Under the pieces are notes generated by a model. The model worked only from the letters and a program-made list of their open reading frames with translations. It was not told the DNA's origin and ran no database searches. Positions 9,770 through 19,121 of a stretch of DNA of 64,000 nt are shown piece by piece. Each line of letters begins with the position of its first letter. The first letter of the stretch is position 1. Source of the stretch: Cytophagales bacterium (GTDB lineage Bacteria > Bacteroidota > Bacteroidia > Cytophagales > Hymenobacteraceae). A program made the translations under genes and the position numbers. Location: positions 18,464-82,463 of the forward strand of contig JBBQSQ010000001.1 in assembly GCA_038213745.1 (NCBI GenBank), in the 5' to 3' direction.

Positions 9770-10450
9770 TTACTGCTCAGTTAAATGCCTGGTATTGGGC
9801 AATCGGTGGCGTTCCTGCAACACCTCAACAACATCTGCCATGGAAACACTAGATGCAACAAGCAGCACGAGTAAGTGATAAAGTAAATCAGCAACTTCTC
9901 CTGGCAACGTTTCGCGATGGCCTGCAACCGCATCAATAACCGTCTCGACGGCCTCCTCTCCTACTTTTTGAGCAATTTTAGGTAAGCCTTTCTTAAATAA
10001 TGAAACGGTGTAGGACGTGGGCGCGCGCTCCGGAAACTGGTGCCGCTCCACAATCAATCGTTCCAACGCAGCTAGGAAGCCAATTGGGGCGGCCGGGGCC
10101 TGTAGTTGTTCTGACTGCTCAAAGCAGCTCACCGTGCCCCGGTGACAAGTTGGCCCCGCCGGTAAGGCTCTAATCAGTACCGTGTCGGCGTCGCAATCGA
10201 TATGCAGACTAACGACCGTAAGAAAATTTCCGCTGCTCTCACCTTTCGTCCAGAGGCGGCCCTTGGAGCGGGAAAAAAACGTTACGCGTCCCTCCTGCTG
10301 CGTTTTGGTCCACGCTTCTTCATTTACATACCCTAACATGAGCACCTGCCCGGTGTCGGCGTCCTGAACAATTGCGGGTAGTAAACCGGTGACGGGGTCG
10401 AAGCGCAAGGCAGCAGGCCCCGTGGCTATTGCAGTGAATAAAGTAGTCAT
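9770..10450 (-). CDS. hisIE: Bifunctional phosphoribosyl-AMP cyclohydrolase / phosphoribosyl-ATP pyrophosphatase
   Basis: LWTKGESSGN, DCDADT, PTCH..CF, QKVGEEAVE, ADLLYH. Confidence 0.95.
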   Translation of the reverse strand: MTTLFTAIATGPAALRFDPVTGLLPAIVQDADTGQVLMLGYVNEEAWTKTQQEGRVTFFSRSKGRLWTKGESSGNFLTVVSLHIDCDADTVLIRALPAGPTCHRGTVSCFEQSEQLQAPAAPIGFLAALERLIVERHQFPERAPTSYTVSLFKKGLPKIAQKVGEEAVETVIDAVAGHRETLPGEVADLLYHLLVLLVASSVSMADVVEVLQERHRLPNTRHLTEQ

Positions 10451-10504
10451 AACATTAGAGAAAGAAGCCGGCGGGCACCAAATACCGGAAGCCAAACCAC
10501 ACGA

Positions 10505-11260
10505 TTAAAGCCGGACCGGAATTCCAGCGGCGTGCAGGTATTGTTTGAGCGCTGGAATGGCAGTTTCATTAAAATGGAAAATACTGGCGGCCAAAGCAGC
10601 ATCCGCCCCGCCGGCTTGGAAAACCGCCGTGAAATCAGCCAACTGGCCCGCCCCGCCCGAGGCGATTACTGGAACCGGCACGGCATCGGATACGGCCCGG
10701 GTGAGAGCTAGGGCAAAGCCTGATTTAGTGCCGTCGTGGCTCATTGAGGTAAGCAGCAGTTCGCCGGCTCCGCGCTCGGCTGCTTCACGGCACCAGGCCA
10801 CGGCTTCCCGGCCAGTAGCCGTAGTACCAGCGCGCGTCATCACCTGCCATTGGCCATCTATTAAACGGGCATCAACGGCCACAACTACGCACTGGGAACC
10901 AAAGCGCTGGGCCAAATCCGTAATAAACTCCGGACGGGCCAATGCCGCCGAATTAATGGAAACCTTGTCGGCACCGCTCAGCAACAACGCTTCCACATCG
11001 GCCACGTCCCCAATGCCACCGCCCACGGTGAAGGGGATATCAAGCACCCGGGCCACATCGCGCACCAACTCGGTGAGGGGCTGCCGACGCTGGTTCGTGG
11101 CCGTGATGTCGAGAAACACCAGTTCATCGGCACCCTCACGGGCGTAGCGGGCCGCAAGGGCCACGGGGTCGCCGGCGTCGCGGAGGCCTTCGAACTGAAT
11201 GCCCTTGACCGTGCGGCCATCGCGGACATCGAGACAGGGAATAAGTCGTTTCTTGACCAC
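10505..11260 (-). CDS. hisF: Imidazole glycerol phosphate synthase, cyclase subunit
   Basis: [30 protein letters not shown]; GTG start at 11260. Confidence 0.95.
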   Translation of the reverse strand: MVKKRLIPCLDVRDGRTVKGIQFEGLRDAGDPVALAARYAREGADELVFLDITATNQRRQPLTELVRDVARVLDIPFTVGGGIGDVADVEALLLSGADKVSINSAALARPEFITDLAQRFGSQCVVVAVDARLIDGQWQVMTRAGTTATGREAVAWCREAAERGAGELLLTSMSHDGTKSGFALALTRAVSDAVPVPVIASGGAGQLADFTAVFQAGGADAALAASIFHFNETAIPALKQYLHAAGIPVRL

Positions 11261-11312
11261 TGCTTGAGGTATTATTAGTTCACTAATTGGTAGTTCAAAG
11301 ACAGGTGCCCCC

Positions 11313-12029
11313 CTACAAAAAGCGGCGCAGGTCCGAAAGGGCAATGGTTCCTTCATAAATCGCCTTGCCGATGATGGCTCCGTGCAGGCCAGCTTCGGCC
11401 AGGAATTCCAAATCCGCAACGGTTGTGACACCCCCGCTCGCAATGAAACGGGCGGCCGGAAACTGTTGCACCAAGCGGCGGTAGGTGGCGAGTGAAGGGC
11501 CTTGCAACAGCCCATCTTTGCTCACATCGGTACAAATAAACGTGGTGGCCCCGGCCGCAAGGTAGTTCGTTAGGAAATCGGTTAGCGTCAGCAGGCTTTG
11601 CTCGGCCCAGGCGTTTATCAGAATATGCTCCCCCTTAAAGTCAGCCCCGAGAAAAATAGTATCGGCTCCATGCCGGGCCAGCCACGCCTGCACCGTGGCT
11701 GGCTGGCGCACAGCCAAACTACCTGCGGTGGCGTGCCTGGCACCAGCACTTAACACCTGGGTTAGGGCTTCGTCGGTCTGGATTCCACCGCCCGCATCAA
11801 TGTCAAGCGTCGTACGGCTGGCAATAGCTTCAAGCACCGCTAAATTGACCGGCTGACCCGCCCGGGCCCCGTCAAGGTCGACGAGGTGCAAACGCCGCAC
11901 GCCAGCATCAGCGAAACGTTGGGCGACGGCCACGGGGTCGGCATCGTAAGTGGTCTGGCGTGCGAAATCACCTTCGCTAAGCCGGACGCACTGACCGTTC
12001 ATTAAGTCAATGGCAGGAATTATATCCAC
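11313..12029 (-). CDS. hisA: ProFAR isomerase
   Basis: [37 protein letters not shown]. Confidence 0.95.
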   Translation of the reverse strand: MDIIPAIDLMNGQCVRLSEGDFARQTTYDADPVAVAQRFADAGVRRLHLVDLDGARAGQPVNLAVLEAIASRTTLDIDAGGGIQTDEALTQVLSAGARHATAGSLAVRQPATVQAWLARHGADTIFLGADFKGEHILINAWAEQSLLTLTDFLTNYLAAGATTFICTDVSKDGLLQGPSLATYRRLVQQFPAARFIASGGVTTVADLEFLAEAGLHGAIIGKAIYEGTIALSDLRRFL

Positions 12030-12069
12030 AGGAAGGAAAGAGCTTGGCTTAAAAAAGAGTGGGAGCGCC

Positions 12070-12657
12070 TCACAAGGCTAAGAAATTGGCTAGGATGCGC
12101 GTGCCTACGTCGCCGCTTTTCTCCGTGTGAAACTGCACACCGTGAAAGTTTTCGTGCTGCACAGCCGCACTAAATGGCATGGGATGAGACGATTGGGCCG
12201 TGGTGTAGCTGCCCACCGGCGCATAATAGCTATGCACGAAATAAACGTGGTCGGCTTCGGTAAGACCGGCAAACAGTGGACCTTGTAAGGCGTGCAGGTT
12301 ATTCCAACCCATGTGCGGCACTTTGCGCGCCGCATCGGGCACAAAGCGCTGCACGTTGAACGGAAGCAACCCCAGCATGGGCGTATCGTTCTCTTCGCTG
12401 TGCTGGCCCAGCAGCTGCATACCCAAACATATGCCTAGGAAAGGCTGCGTCAGCGTGGGCAGCACCTTATCCAAGCCAGCGGCTCGCAGGGCCTGCATGG
12501 CCGAAGATGCTTCGCCTTCGCCTGGGAACAGCACTTTATCAGCCCGCCGCAGTACCTCAGGGTCGGCCGTGAGCGTGGGAATTGCGCCCAGCCGTTCCAA
12601 CGCAAAAAGCACTGACTGCACATTACCACCTTTATAGTCTACTACTGCAATTTCCAT
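12070..12657 (-). CDS. hisH: Imidazole glycerol phosphate synthase, glutaminase subunit
   Basis: GICLGMQ, VPHMGWN, YFVHSY, QFHTEKS. Confidence 0.95.
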   Translation of the reverse strand: MEIAVVDYKGGNVQSVLFALERLGAIPTLTADPEVLRRADKVLFPGEGEASSAMQALRAAGLDKVLPTLTQPFLGICLGMQLLGQHSEENDTPMLGLLPFNVQRFVPDAARKVPHMGWNNLHALQGPLFAGLTEADHVYFVHSYYAPVGSYTTAQSSHPMPFSAAVQHENFHGVQFHTEKSGDVGTRILANFLAL

Positions 12658-12731
12658 TACAAATTATTCATTTGAACAATGAACATCTTGACAATATTTA
12701 CTCGCTTACTTATTTAACAAATGAGTAAACC

Positions 12732-13838
12732 TTACAAAACGCCTTTTGTACTGGGAATCGCTGCCGATTCATCCCGTTGCAAGGCCATCTTAATAGCCTT
12801 GGCTACGGCTTTGAAAATAGCTTCAATCTTGTGATGCTCGTTGTCCCCCGTGCAGGAAATGTTGAGTGTCGCCCGCGAGTTGTCTGTAAAGGACTTGAAA
12901 AAGTGGAAGAACAGCTCAGTTGGCAAATCGCCAACCCGCTCCCGCTTGAATTCGGCGTCCCATACGAGCCAAGGACGACCAGAAAAGTCGATTGCCGCCT
13001 GAGCCAAGGCCTCATCCATGGGCAATAAAAAGCCGTATCGGGCCAAGCCCCGCTTGTCGCCGAGGGCTTGCGAAAAGGCGGTCCCAAGGGCAAGGGCCGT
13101 ATCTTCTACCGTATGATGTTCATCAATGTGCAGGTCACCTTTTACACTTATGTGTAAATCAACACCGCTGTGGCGCCCCAATTGCTCCAGCATGTGGTCG
13201 AAGAAACCAAGCCCGGTGTGAATATCCGTTTGGCCAGTACCGTCCAGGTTCAGGCGAATGGCAATCTGGGTTTCGTTGGTGTTGCGCTCGATAACGGCAA
13301 CACGGGCGGGGTAGCGCAGAAACTGGTAGATAGCTTCCCAGTTGGTGGTCGTTAGGGCGGCGTGGGAGTCGGGCTCCTCTCCTATCAGGATGGCTTGGCT
13401 GCCGAGGTTGACGGCCAGTTGCACATCAGAAAGGCGGTCACCGATAACATAAGAATTGGCCAGGTCGTAGTCGTTGGCGGGGTCGAGGTAATGACCCAGC
13501 AGGCCCAGACCGGGCTTGCGGGTTGACAGGCCTTCGTGCGGAAAGCTCCGGTCCACAAGCTCGGCGGCAAAATGCACGCCCTCGGTCGCTAAAATGTCAC
13601 GCATGAGCTGGTGCGCCGGCCAGAACGTTTCTTCCGGAAAGCTGGCGGTGCCCAGGCCATCCTGATTGGTAACCAGCACGAGCTCATACTCAGGCAGGTC
13701 GCGGGCAATACGCGCCAGGCCGCTGATGGCTCCCGGCAGAAACTGAAACTTGTCGGGCGTGAGGCCGTCGATTTGTTGGCTGGGCTGGGGCTCCACGAGA
13801 ATGGTGCCGTCACGGTCGATGAAAAGCGCCTTTTTCAA
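12732..13838 (-). CDS. hisB: Bifunctional histidinol-phosphatase / imidazoleglycerol-phosphate dehydratase (HisNB)
   Basis: N-terminal HAD FIDRDGT; C-terminal FFDHML, DEHHTVED, NEHHKIEA. Confidence 0.95.
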   Translation of the reverse strand: MKKALFIDRDGTILVEPQPSQQIDGLTPDKFQFLPGAISGLARIARDLPEYELVLVTNQDGLGTASFPEETFWPAHQLMRDILATEGVHFAAELVDRSFPHEGLSTRKPGLGLLGHYLDPANDYDLANSYVIGDRLSDVQLAVNLGSQAILIGEEPDSHAALTTTNWEAIYQFLRYPARVAVIERNTNETQIAIRLNLDGTGQTDIHTGLGFFDHMLEQLGRHSGVDLHISVKGDLHIDEHHTVEDTALALGTAFSQALGDKRGLARYGFLLPMDEALAQAAIDFSGRPWLVWDAEFKRERVGDLPTELFFHFFKSFTDNSRATLNISCTGDNEHHKIEAIFKAVAKAIKMALQRDESAAIPSTKGVL

Positions 13839-13890
13839 ATCAATGTACTGTTATGATGAGCAATGAGTTCTCGATGGTATTAGCACCGCC

Positions 13891-16320
13891 TTAGTTTACG
13901 GCGGCTGGGAGGAAGGCCTGCCCCACTCCTATCGTATTACCGATTTCAGTCAGCGTGTGGAGCAGTTGGGCGTTTTCGGCGGGAGTGCCCACGGTCAGGC
14001 GCAGGCAACCGGCGCAGCCGGGCTGGGTGGTACGGTTTCGAACTACAATGCCTTGGGCACGCAAATGGTCGTAAACCATCGTAGCATCTGCATTAAAGCG
14101 CACTAGGAGGAAATTGGCATCCGATGTAAAAACATGTTCCACGATGGATACCTGCGGCAACCGCTCGGCCAGCCAGGTACGGCCGGCCAGCAAAGCGGCC
14201 CGCATTTCAGGTAAGCGCGGCGCAGCAGCCAGGGCCGCCAAAGCGTGCTGCTGGGTAGCGGCGGAAATATTATAGGGCGGCTTAATTTTATCAAGGTAAG
14301 CAATGAGCGCCGGAGCGGTATACGCCACGCCCAGACGCAGGCCGGCCAAGCCCCAGGCTTTGGAGAAGGTCTGGAGCACGACAAGGCGGGGGAATTCTGC
14401 CAGACGCGTGGTCCAGCTCGGACCGTCGGCAAAATCTGCGTACGCTTCATCAACCACAACCAAGCCTTTGAAGGTCCGAAGAATGGTTTCTACCGCTTCC
14501 TGGGCCAGCAGATTGCCAGTGGGGTTATTCGGCGAACACAAGAAAACCAGCTTGGCCGAGGAATGGGCCAGCTTTTCGGCGGCAGCGGGCAACTGGAAGT
14601 CGGGCGTGAGCGGCAGGCGCTCGACGCGCACGTCATTGAGATTAGCGGCCACCTCATACATGCCGTAAGTAGGCGGGCAAATTACGATGCTGTCCTGGCC
14701 CGGCGTGCAGGTGAGGCGAACAAGCAAGTCAATGGCTTCATCGGAGCCGTTGCCGAGAAAAATCTGGTTCGGGGCCACGGCTTTCAATTGGCCCAAATCG
14801 ACCTTGATGGCCCGCTGGTGCGGGTCGGGGTAGCGGCTAAAATCGTCGGGGCCCACGGAGCCGAGGCTGTTTTCGTTGGCGTCGAGCATGACCGGGGCCA
14901 TGCCTTCAAACTCATCGCGGGCCGAAGAGTAGGGCTGCATCCGCTCCACGCTGGGCCGGATGAGTCCGGCGTACGGATTGGTGGGGCTCGAAACTTCAAC
15001 CGCTACCGAACCTTCCGTTTTTGAAGAATCAGTAGCCAGCGACGCCAGTCGTAGGGTTACGGCGCGGGCGTGGGCGGTCAGGCCTTCGGCTTCGGCCATG
15101 GTTTCCACTACCGGGCCAATGGCTTGCAGGCCGGCGGCCGAAAGGCGCTGGAACGTGATTTTCTTAACGAACGAGTCGAGCGACACGCCGCTGTACTGGC
15201 GGGCGTAGCCGCTGGTGGGCAGCGTGTGGTTCGTGCCCGAGGCGTAGTCGCCCACGGCTTCGGGCGTAAGGTGGCCCAGGAATACCGAGCCCGCGTTGGT
15301 CACCTGCGCCGCCAGCGCTTCGGCATTGTCTGTGGCCAGAATGAGGTGTTCGGGCGCGTACTGATTCGAAAATTCCAACATGCTGGCGGCATCCGACAGC
15401 ACGATGGCGCGGCTGTTGTCCAACGCCAGCGTGGCTACTTCGCGCCGGGGCAAGGTGGCCAGCTGGCGCGCTACTTCGGCCTGGACCTGCTCAAGCATCG
15501 TTGTGGAATCACTCAGTACCACCACCTGCGAATCGGGTCCGTGCTCGGCCTGCGACAGCAAATCGGCGGCCACGAAGGCAGGGTTGGCCGTGGCATCGGC
15601 AATGACCAAGACTTCCGAAGGGCCGGCGGGCATATCGATGGCTACTCCGTATTCGGCGGCGGCCAGCTGCTTGGCGGCCGTCACGTAGCGGTTGCCGGGG
15701 CCAAAGATTTTGTCAACGGCCGGTACGCTGTCGGTGCCCAGGGCCAGGGCGGCGACGGCTTGCGCGCCGCCGGATTTCACCACTTTACTGATGCCCAACA
15801 GTTGCGCCACAAATAGAATAATCGGGCTCACCGAGCCATCGGCCTGCGGCGGCGTGCACACCACCACTTCCGGACAGCCCGCCAGCCGGGCCGGAACGCC
15901 CAGCATGAGCAAGGTGCTGAACAGCGGAGCCGAACCGCCGGGCACGTACAACCCCACGCGCTGCACGGGCACCGCCCGCCGCGAACACGCCACCCCGGGC
16001 ATGGTTTCGACCCGGAGTTCGGGCTCCCGCTGGGCGGTATGAAAGGTTTCGATGTTGGCTTGGGCCTGCCGGATGGCCGCTTGTAATTCGGCGGGGACCT
16101 GCGCGGCCGCAGCGGCAAATTCTGCGTCAGAAACCAGCAGGCTGGTCAGTTTGGCTTTGTCGAGCTCCGCGGCCAGGGCGAGCAGGGCGGCATCGCCTCC
16201 GGCGCGCACCTGGTCGAAAATGGCCCGAACGCGGGCGGCTACCTGGGGAGCTTCGGCGGCGGCGGGACGCTGCTGGAGCGCGGGCCACGTACTGGGGTCG
16301 GGATAAGAATAGAGCTGCAT
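13891..16320 (-). CDS. hisD-hisC: Fused histidinol dehydrogenase (N-terminal) and histidinol-phosphate aminotransferase (C-terminal)
   Basis: HisD motifs DMPAGPSE, SQAEHG, APEHL, GDYASGTNH; HisC motifs PYSSARDEF, NGSDEAID, SPNNPTG, DEAY, TFSKAWGLAGLRLG, all in one 809-aa frame. Confidence 0.92.
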   Translation of the reverse strand: MQLYSYPDPSTWPALQQRPAAAEAPQVAARVRAIFDQVRAGGDAALLALAAELDKAKLTSLLVSDAEFAAAAAQVPAELQAAIRQAQANIETFHTAQREPELRVETMPGVACSRRAVPVQRVGLYVPGGSAPLFSTLLMLGVPARLAGCPEVVVCTPPQADGSVSPIILFVAQLLGISKVVKSGGAQAVAALALGTDSVPAVDKIFGPGNRYVTAAKQLAAAEYGVAIDMPAGPSEVLVIADATANPAFVAADLLSQAEHGPDSQVVVLSDSTTMLEQVQAEVARQLATLPRREVATLALDNSRAIVLSDAASMLEFSNQYAPEHLILATDNAEALAAQVTNAGSVFLGHLTPEAVGDYASGTNHTLPTSGYARQYSGVSLDSFVKKITFQRLSAAGLQAIGPVVETMAEAEGLTAHARAVTLRLASLATDSSKTEGSVAVEVSSPTNPYAGLIRPSVERMQPYSSARDEFEGMAPVMLDANENSLGSVGPDDFSRYPDPHQRAIKVDLGQLKAVAPNQIFLGNGSDEAIDLLVRLTCTPGQDSIVICPPTYGMYEVAANLNDVRVERLPLTPDFQLPAAAEKLAHSSAKLVFLCSPNNPTGNLLAQEAVETILRTFKGLVVVDEAYADFADGPSWTTRLAEFPRLVVLQTFSKAWGLAGLRLGVAYTAPALIAYLDKIKPPYNISAATQQHALAALAAAPRLPEMRAALLAGRTWLAERLPQVSIVEHVFTSDANFLLVRFNADATMVYDHLRAQGIVVRNRTTQPGCAGCLRLTVGTPAENAQLLHTLTEIGNTIGVGQAFLPAAVN

Positions 16321-16332
16321 GACGGGTTCGGA

Positions 16333-17184
16333 CTAGGCAATCATCTTTTCAATGGGCAGCACGAGGATACCCTCCGCGCCTACGGCTTTGAGCTGGCTGG
16401 TGATGTGCCAGAACTCATCTTCCTGCACCACCGATTGCACCGACACCCAGCCGGCCTCGGCCAGCGGGGTGATGGTGGGCGACTTGATGCCCGGCAACAA
16501 CCGGCGCACTTCATCGAGGGCCGACACCGGGGCATTCAGCACGATGTATTTGCTGCGCTTGGCGCGGCGAACGGCCTGCATCCGGAAACGGAGCTGGTCG
16601 AGCAAGTCGGTTTGCTCGGCGGTGAGGTTGGGCTGGGCAATGAGCACGGCCTCGGAGCGAAACACGGTTTCAACTTCGCGCAGGCCATTACCGAGCAAGG
16701 TGGAACCGCTGCTCACAATGTCGCAGATGGCCTCAGCCAGCCCGATGCTGGGCGCAATCTCAACCGAGCCGCTGATGGTGTGCAGGTTGGCCTGCACGCC
16801 GTGCTCGGCCAGGTAACGGCCGAGGATGTTGGGATACGAAGTAGCAATGTTCTTGCCCTTGAGCGCATCAATCGACGGGTAGGCATCGGCCCGGGGCACG
16901 GCCAGGCTCAGACGGCACTTGCTGAAACCCAGGGTCTCGACTTCCAGATTTGGGTAGCCGGCTTCCACCAGCACGTTTTGGCCTACGATGCCGAGGTCGG
17001 CTACCCCGTCCTTCACGTAGCCCGGAATGTCATCGTCGCGCAAAAACAGAATTTCAAGCGGGAAATTGGTGGCTTCCGTCTTGAGCTTATAAGATGTGCT
17101 CAGGAAGTTGATGCCGCATTCGCGAATAAGAGCAAGGGAATCTTCGCTCAGGCGACCGGACTTTTGAATGGCTAAACGTAGCAT
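16333..17184 (-). CDS. hisG: ATP phosphoribosyltransferase (long form)
   Basis: LRLAIQKSGRL, RDDDIP, GSVEIAP, DIVSSGSTL; start ATG at 17184. Confidence 0.96.
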   Translation of the reverse strand: MLRLAIQKSGRLSEDSLALIRECGINFLSTSYKLKTEATNFPLEILFLRDDDIPGYVKDGVADLGIVGQNVLVEAGYPNLEVETLGFSKCRLSLAVPRADAYPSIDALKGKNIATSYPNILGRYLAEHGVQANLHTISGSVEIAPSIGLAEAICDIVSSGSTLLGNGLREVETVFRSEAVLIAQPNLTAEQTDLLDQLRFRMQAVRRAKRSKYIVLNAPVSALDEVRRLLPGIKSPTITPLAEAGWVSVQSVVQEDEFWHITSQLKAVGAEGILVLPIEKMIA

Positions 17185-17340
17185 GAAATGGGGTAAACAG
17201 CGGGCGGCGCTCCTGCGAGGGCACAAATTAATTCGTTCCGGCCGCAACGGCTGGGGTAGAATTTCCCAAAATTGAAAAGAAAGCTGCGGCGCAAATCTGG
17301 CCGAAACGCGGCGGTGGAGACACGGGCGGCCGGTGCTAGC

Positions 17341-17466
17341 TTAGCACCCGGCGCACAGCCCGGCCTCCCACAGATGATGATGGTGATGGGCACCCGCAAC
17401 AACGGCAGCGCGCAAAGTGGGCGAAGCCGTGACGTTGAAGCAAAATGGGAAAGCCAAAGGGGTCAT
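17341..17466 (-). CDS. Putative his operon leader peptide (41 aa, five tandem His codons)
   Basis: MTPLAFPFCFNVTASPTLRAAVVAGAHHHHHLWEAGLCAGC; ATG 6 nt after a TACCTTTG promoter (17473-17480); ends 156 nt before hisG. Confidence 0.8.
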   Translation of the reverse strand: MTPLAFPFCFNVTASPTLRAAVVAGAHHHHHLWEAGLCAGC

Positions 17467-17619
17467 CGGGCACAAAGGTAAAACGGAAATCCAAACGCCC
17501 ACTACCGGCCGGACTAATACCGTTTTGCTTTCCATTACCACCAAGCAGCCGGAAAGGTTTGTCGGAACTGAAGTTTGCGTTTCGAGCAAGCCACCGTTCT
17601 TGCGCAAAAAACGCGGAGC

Positions 17620-18186
17620 ATGACCAGCCTACTCACCTTTCTAAATACCATTCAGCCGCTTAGCCCCGAGCTGAGCGATGCCATTCTGGCCGGGACCGTG
17701 CGCCAGGAGCTGCCGGCGCACCACTGCCTGCTGCGGCCGGGCGAGGTGGCACGGCAAGTGTACTTTTTGGAAAGCGGCCTGGTGCGGGGCTACACGCTGT
17801 TGCACGGTCGTGAAATATCGTCGTGGTTTATGCAGGCCGGCGATTTTGTGATTTCCATCGTGAGCTTTTTTTCGCAGCAGCCTTCCGAGGAATACCTCGA
17901 ACTGCTGGAGCCCGCCGTGGTGCACACCATCGGCCACGACCAGCTGCAACGGCTCTACCGCGATTTTCCCGCGTTTAATTTCATTGGCCGGCGGCTGGTG
18001 GAACACTATTACATGCGCAGCGAGCAGCGGGCCCAGCACCTGCGCTCGCGCACCGCGGCCGAGCGCTACGCGCTGCTGCTGCGCAGCTTTCCCACGGTTT
18101 TTCAGCGGGTAGCGGTGCAGCATATTGCCTCGCATTTGGGCATGGCGCCCGAAACCCTGAGCCGGCTGCGGAATAAACTTACCTGA
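17620..18186 (+). CDS. Crp/Fnr family transcriptional regulator
   Basis: cNMP-binding-like N-terminus; C-terminal HTH 'QHIASHLGMAPETLSRLR'. Confidence 0.9.
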   Translation: MTSLLTFLNTIQPLSPELSDAILAGTVRQELPAHHCLLRPGEVARQVYFLESGLVRGYTLLHGREISSWFMQAGDFVISIVSFFSQQPSEEYLELLEPAVVHTIGHDQLQRLYRDFPAFNFIGRRLVEHYYMRSEQRAQHLRSRTAAERYALLLRSFPTVFQRVAVQHIASHLGMAPETLSRLRNKLT

Positions 18187-18279
18187 TTACCAAACCGGGG
18201 CGAAAATGACAATTGTCATGAAAACCGCACAGAGCGGACGGCACCTTTGAGGCATTCAATCACCTCACCCACCACGCCC

Positions 18280-18999
18280 ATGCTTCCCATTATTTTAGCC
18301 GTATTCGCCGGTTGTTTTGTACTCGAACGCCTGATTCCGGGGTGGAAACTACCCGCCGTACCTACCTGGACCGTCCGGGTGCTGGCCGTCAATTTCTTGC
18401 AGCTGGCGGTGGTCATCGCCGCCGGGCTTAGTTGGGAGAAATGGCTTTCCGCGTATTCGCTATTTCATCTATCGCGGCACGTACCCAACTGGGCAGGTGG
18501 TGTGCTGGCGTATTTTGCGGCCACCTTCGTGTTTTACTGGTGGCACCGCTGGCGGCATACCGTAGATTTTCTGTGGCAGCACTTCCACCAGATTCACCAC
18601 AGCCCCCAGCGCATTGAGGTCATCACCTCGTTTTATAAGCACCCACTGGAAATGACCGTTAATTCAATTATCGGCGGGCTGCTGGTCTACACCCTGCTGG
18701 GACTGAATGCCGAGGCCGGAGCCATTTACACGCTTTGCACGGCGCTGGGAGAGTTTTTCTACCATATCAACGTGCGCACGCCGCGCTGGGTGGGCTACGT
18801 ATTCCAACGGCCGGAAATGCACCGCATTCACCACGAATACGAGAAACACGCCAACAATTACGGCGACATTGTGTGGTGGGACATGCTCTTTGGCACCTAT
18901 CACAACCCCGAACAATTCACGACTTCGTGCGGCTTCGACACGCCCAAAGAACTCCGCCTGCTAGATATGCTGCGCTTCCGCGACGTGCATAAGGACTGA
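18280..18999 (+). CDS. Sterol desaturase / fatty acid hydroxylase family membrane protein
   Basis: His boxes YWWHRWRH, HQIHHS, HRIHH; NYG..W.D.LFGT. Confidence 0.88.
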   Translation: MLPIILAVFAGCFVLERLIPGWKLPAVPTWTVRVLAVNFLQLAVVIAAGLSWEKWLSAYSLFHLSRHVPNWAGGVLAYFAATFVFYWWHRWRHTVDFLWQHFHQIHHSPQRIEVITSFYKHPLEMTVNSIIGGLLVYTLLGLNAEAGAIYTLCTALGEFFYHINVRTPRWVGYVFQRPEMHRIHHEYEKHANNYGDIVWWDMLFGTYHNPEQFTTSCGFDTPKELRLLDMLRFRDVHKD

Positions 19000-19121
19000 C
19001 CGCTGGGCCGTAAGTGCTTCGCCGAGCCTGGAAGAAAACACAAGCACGACAGCAATAAAAAAGTGGGCGGACAGCAAGACTCGTCCGCCCGCTCACGGGT
19101 TCAACCGGACCAGTACATTCA

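Noticed and set aside
8020-9770. Complete Xer-integrated element (IMEX) or prophage at dif
   Set aside because: No second full dif-like site and no replication or phage genes seen; only a single-gene cargo scenario remains possible.
14960-15040. hisD-hisC fusion as a sequencing artefact
   Set aside because: No in-frame start codon for a separate hisC in the junction, and the linker is plausible; judged unlikely but not excluded without reads.
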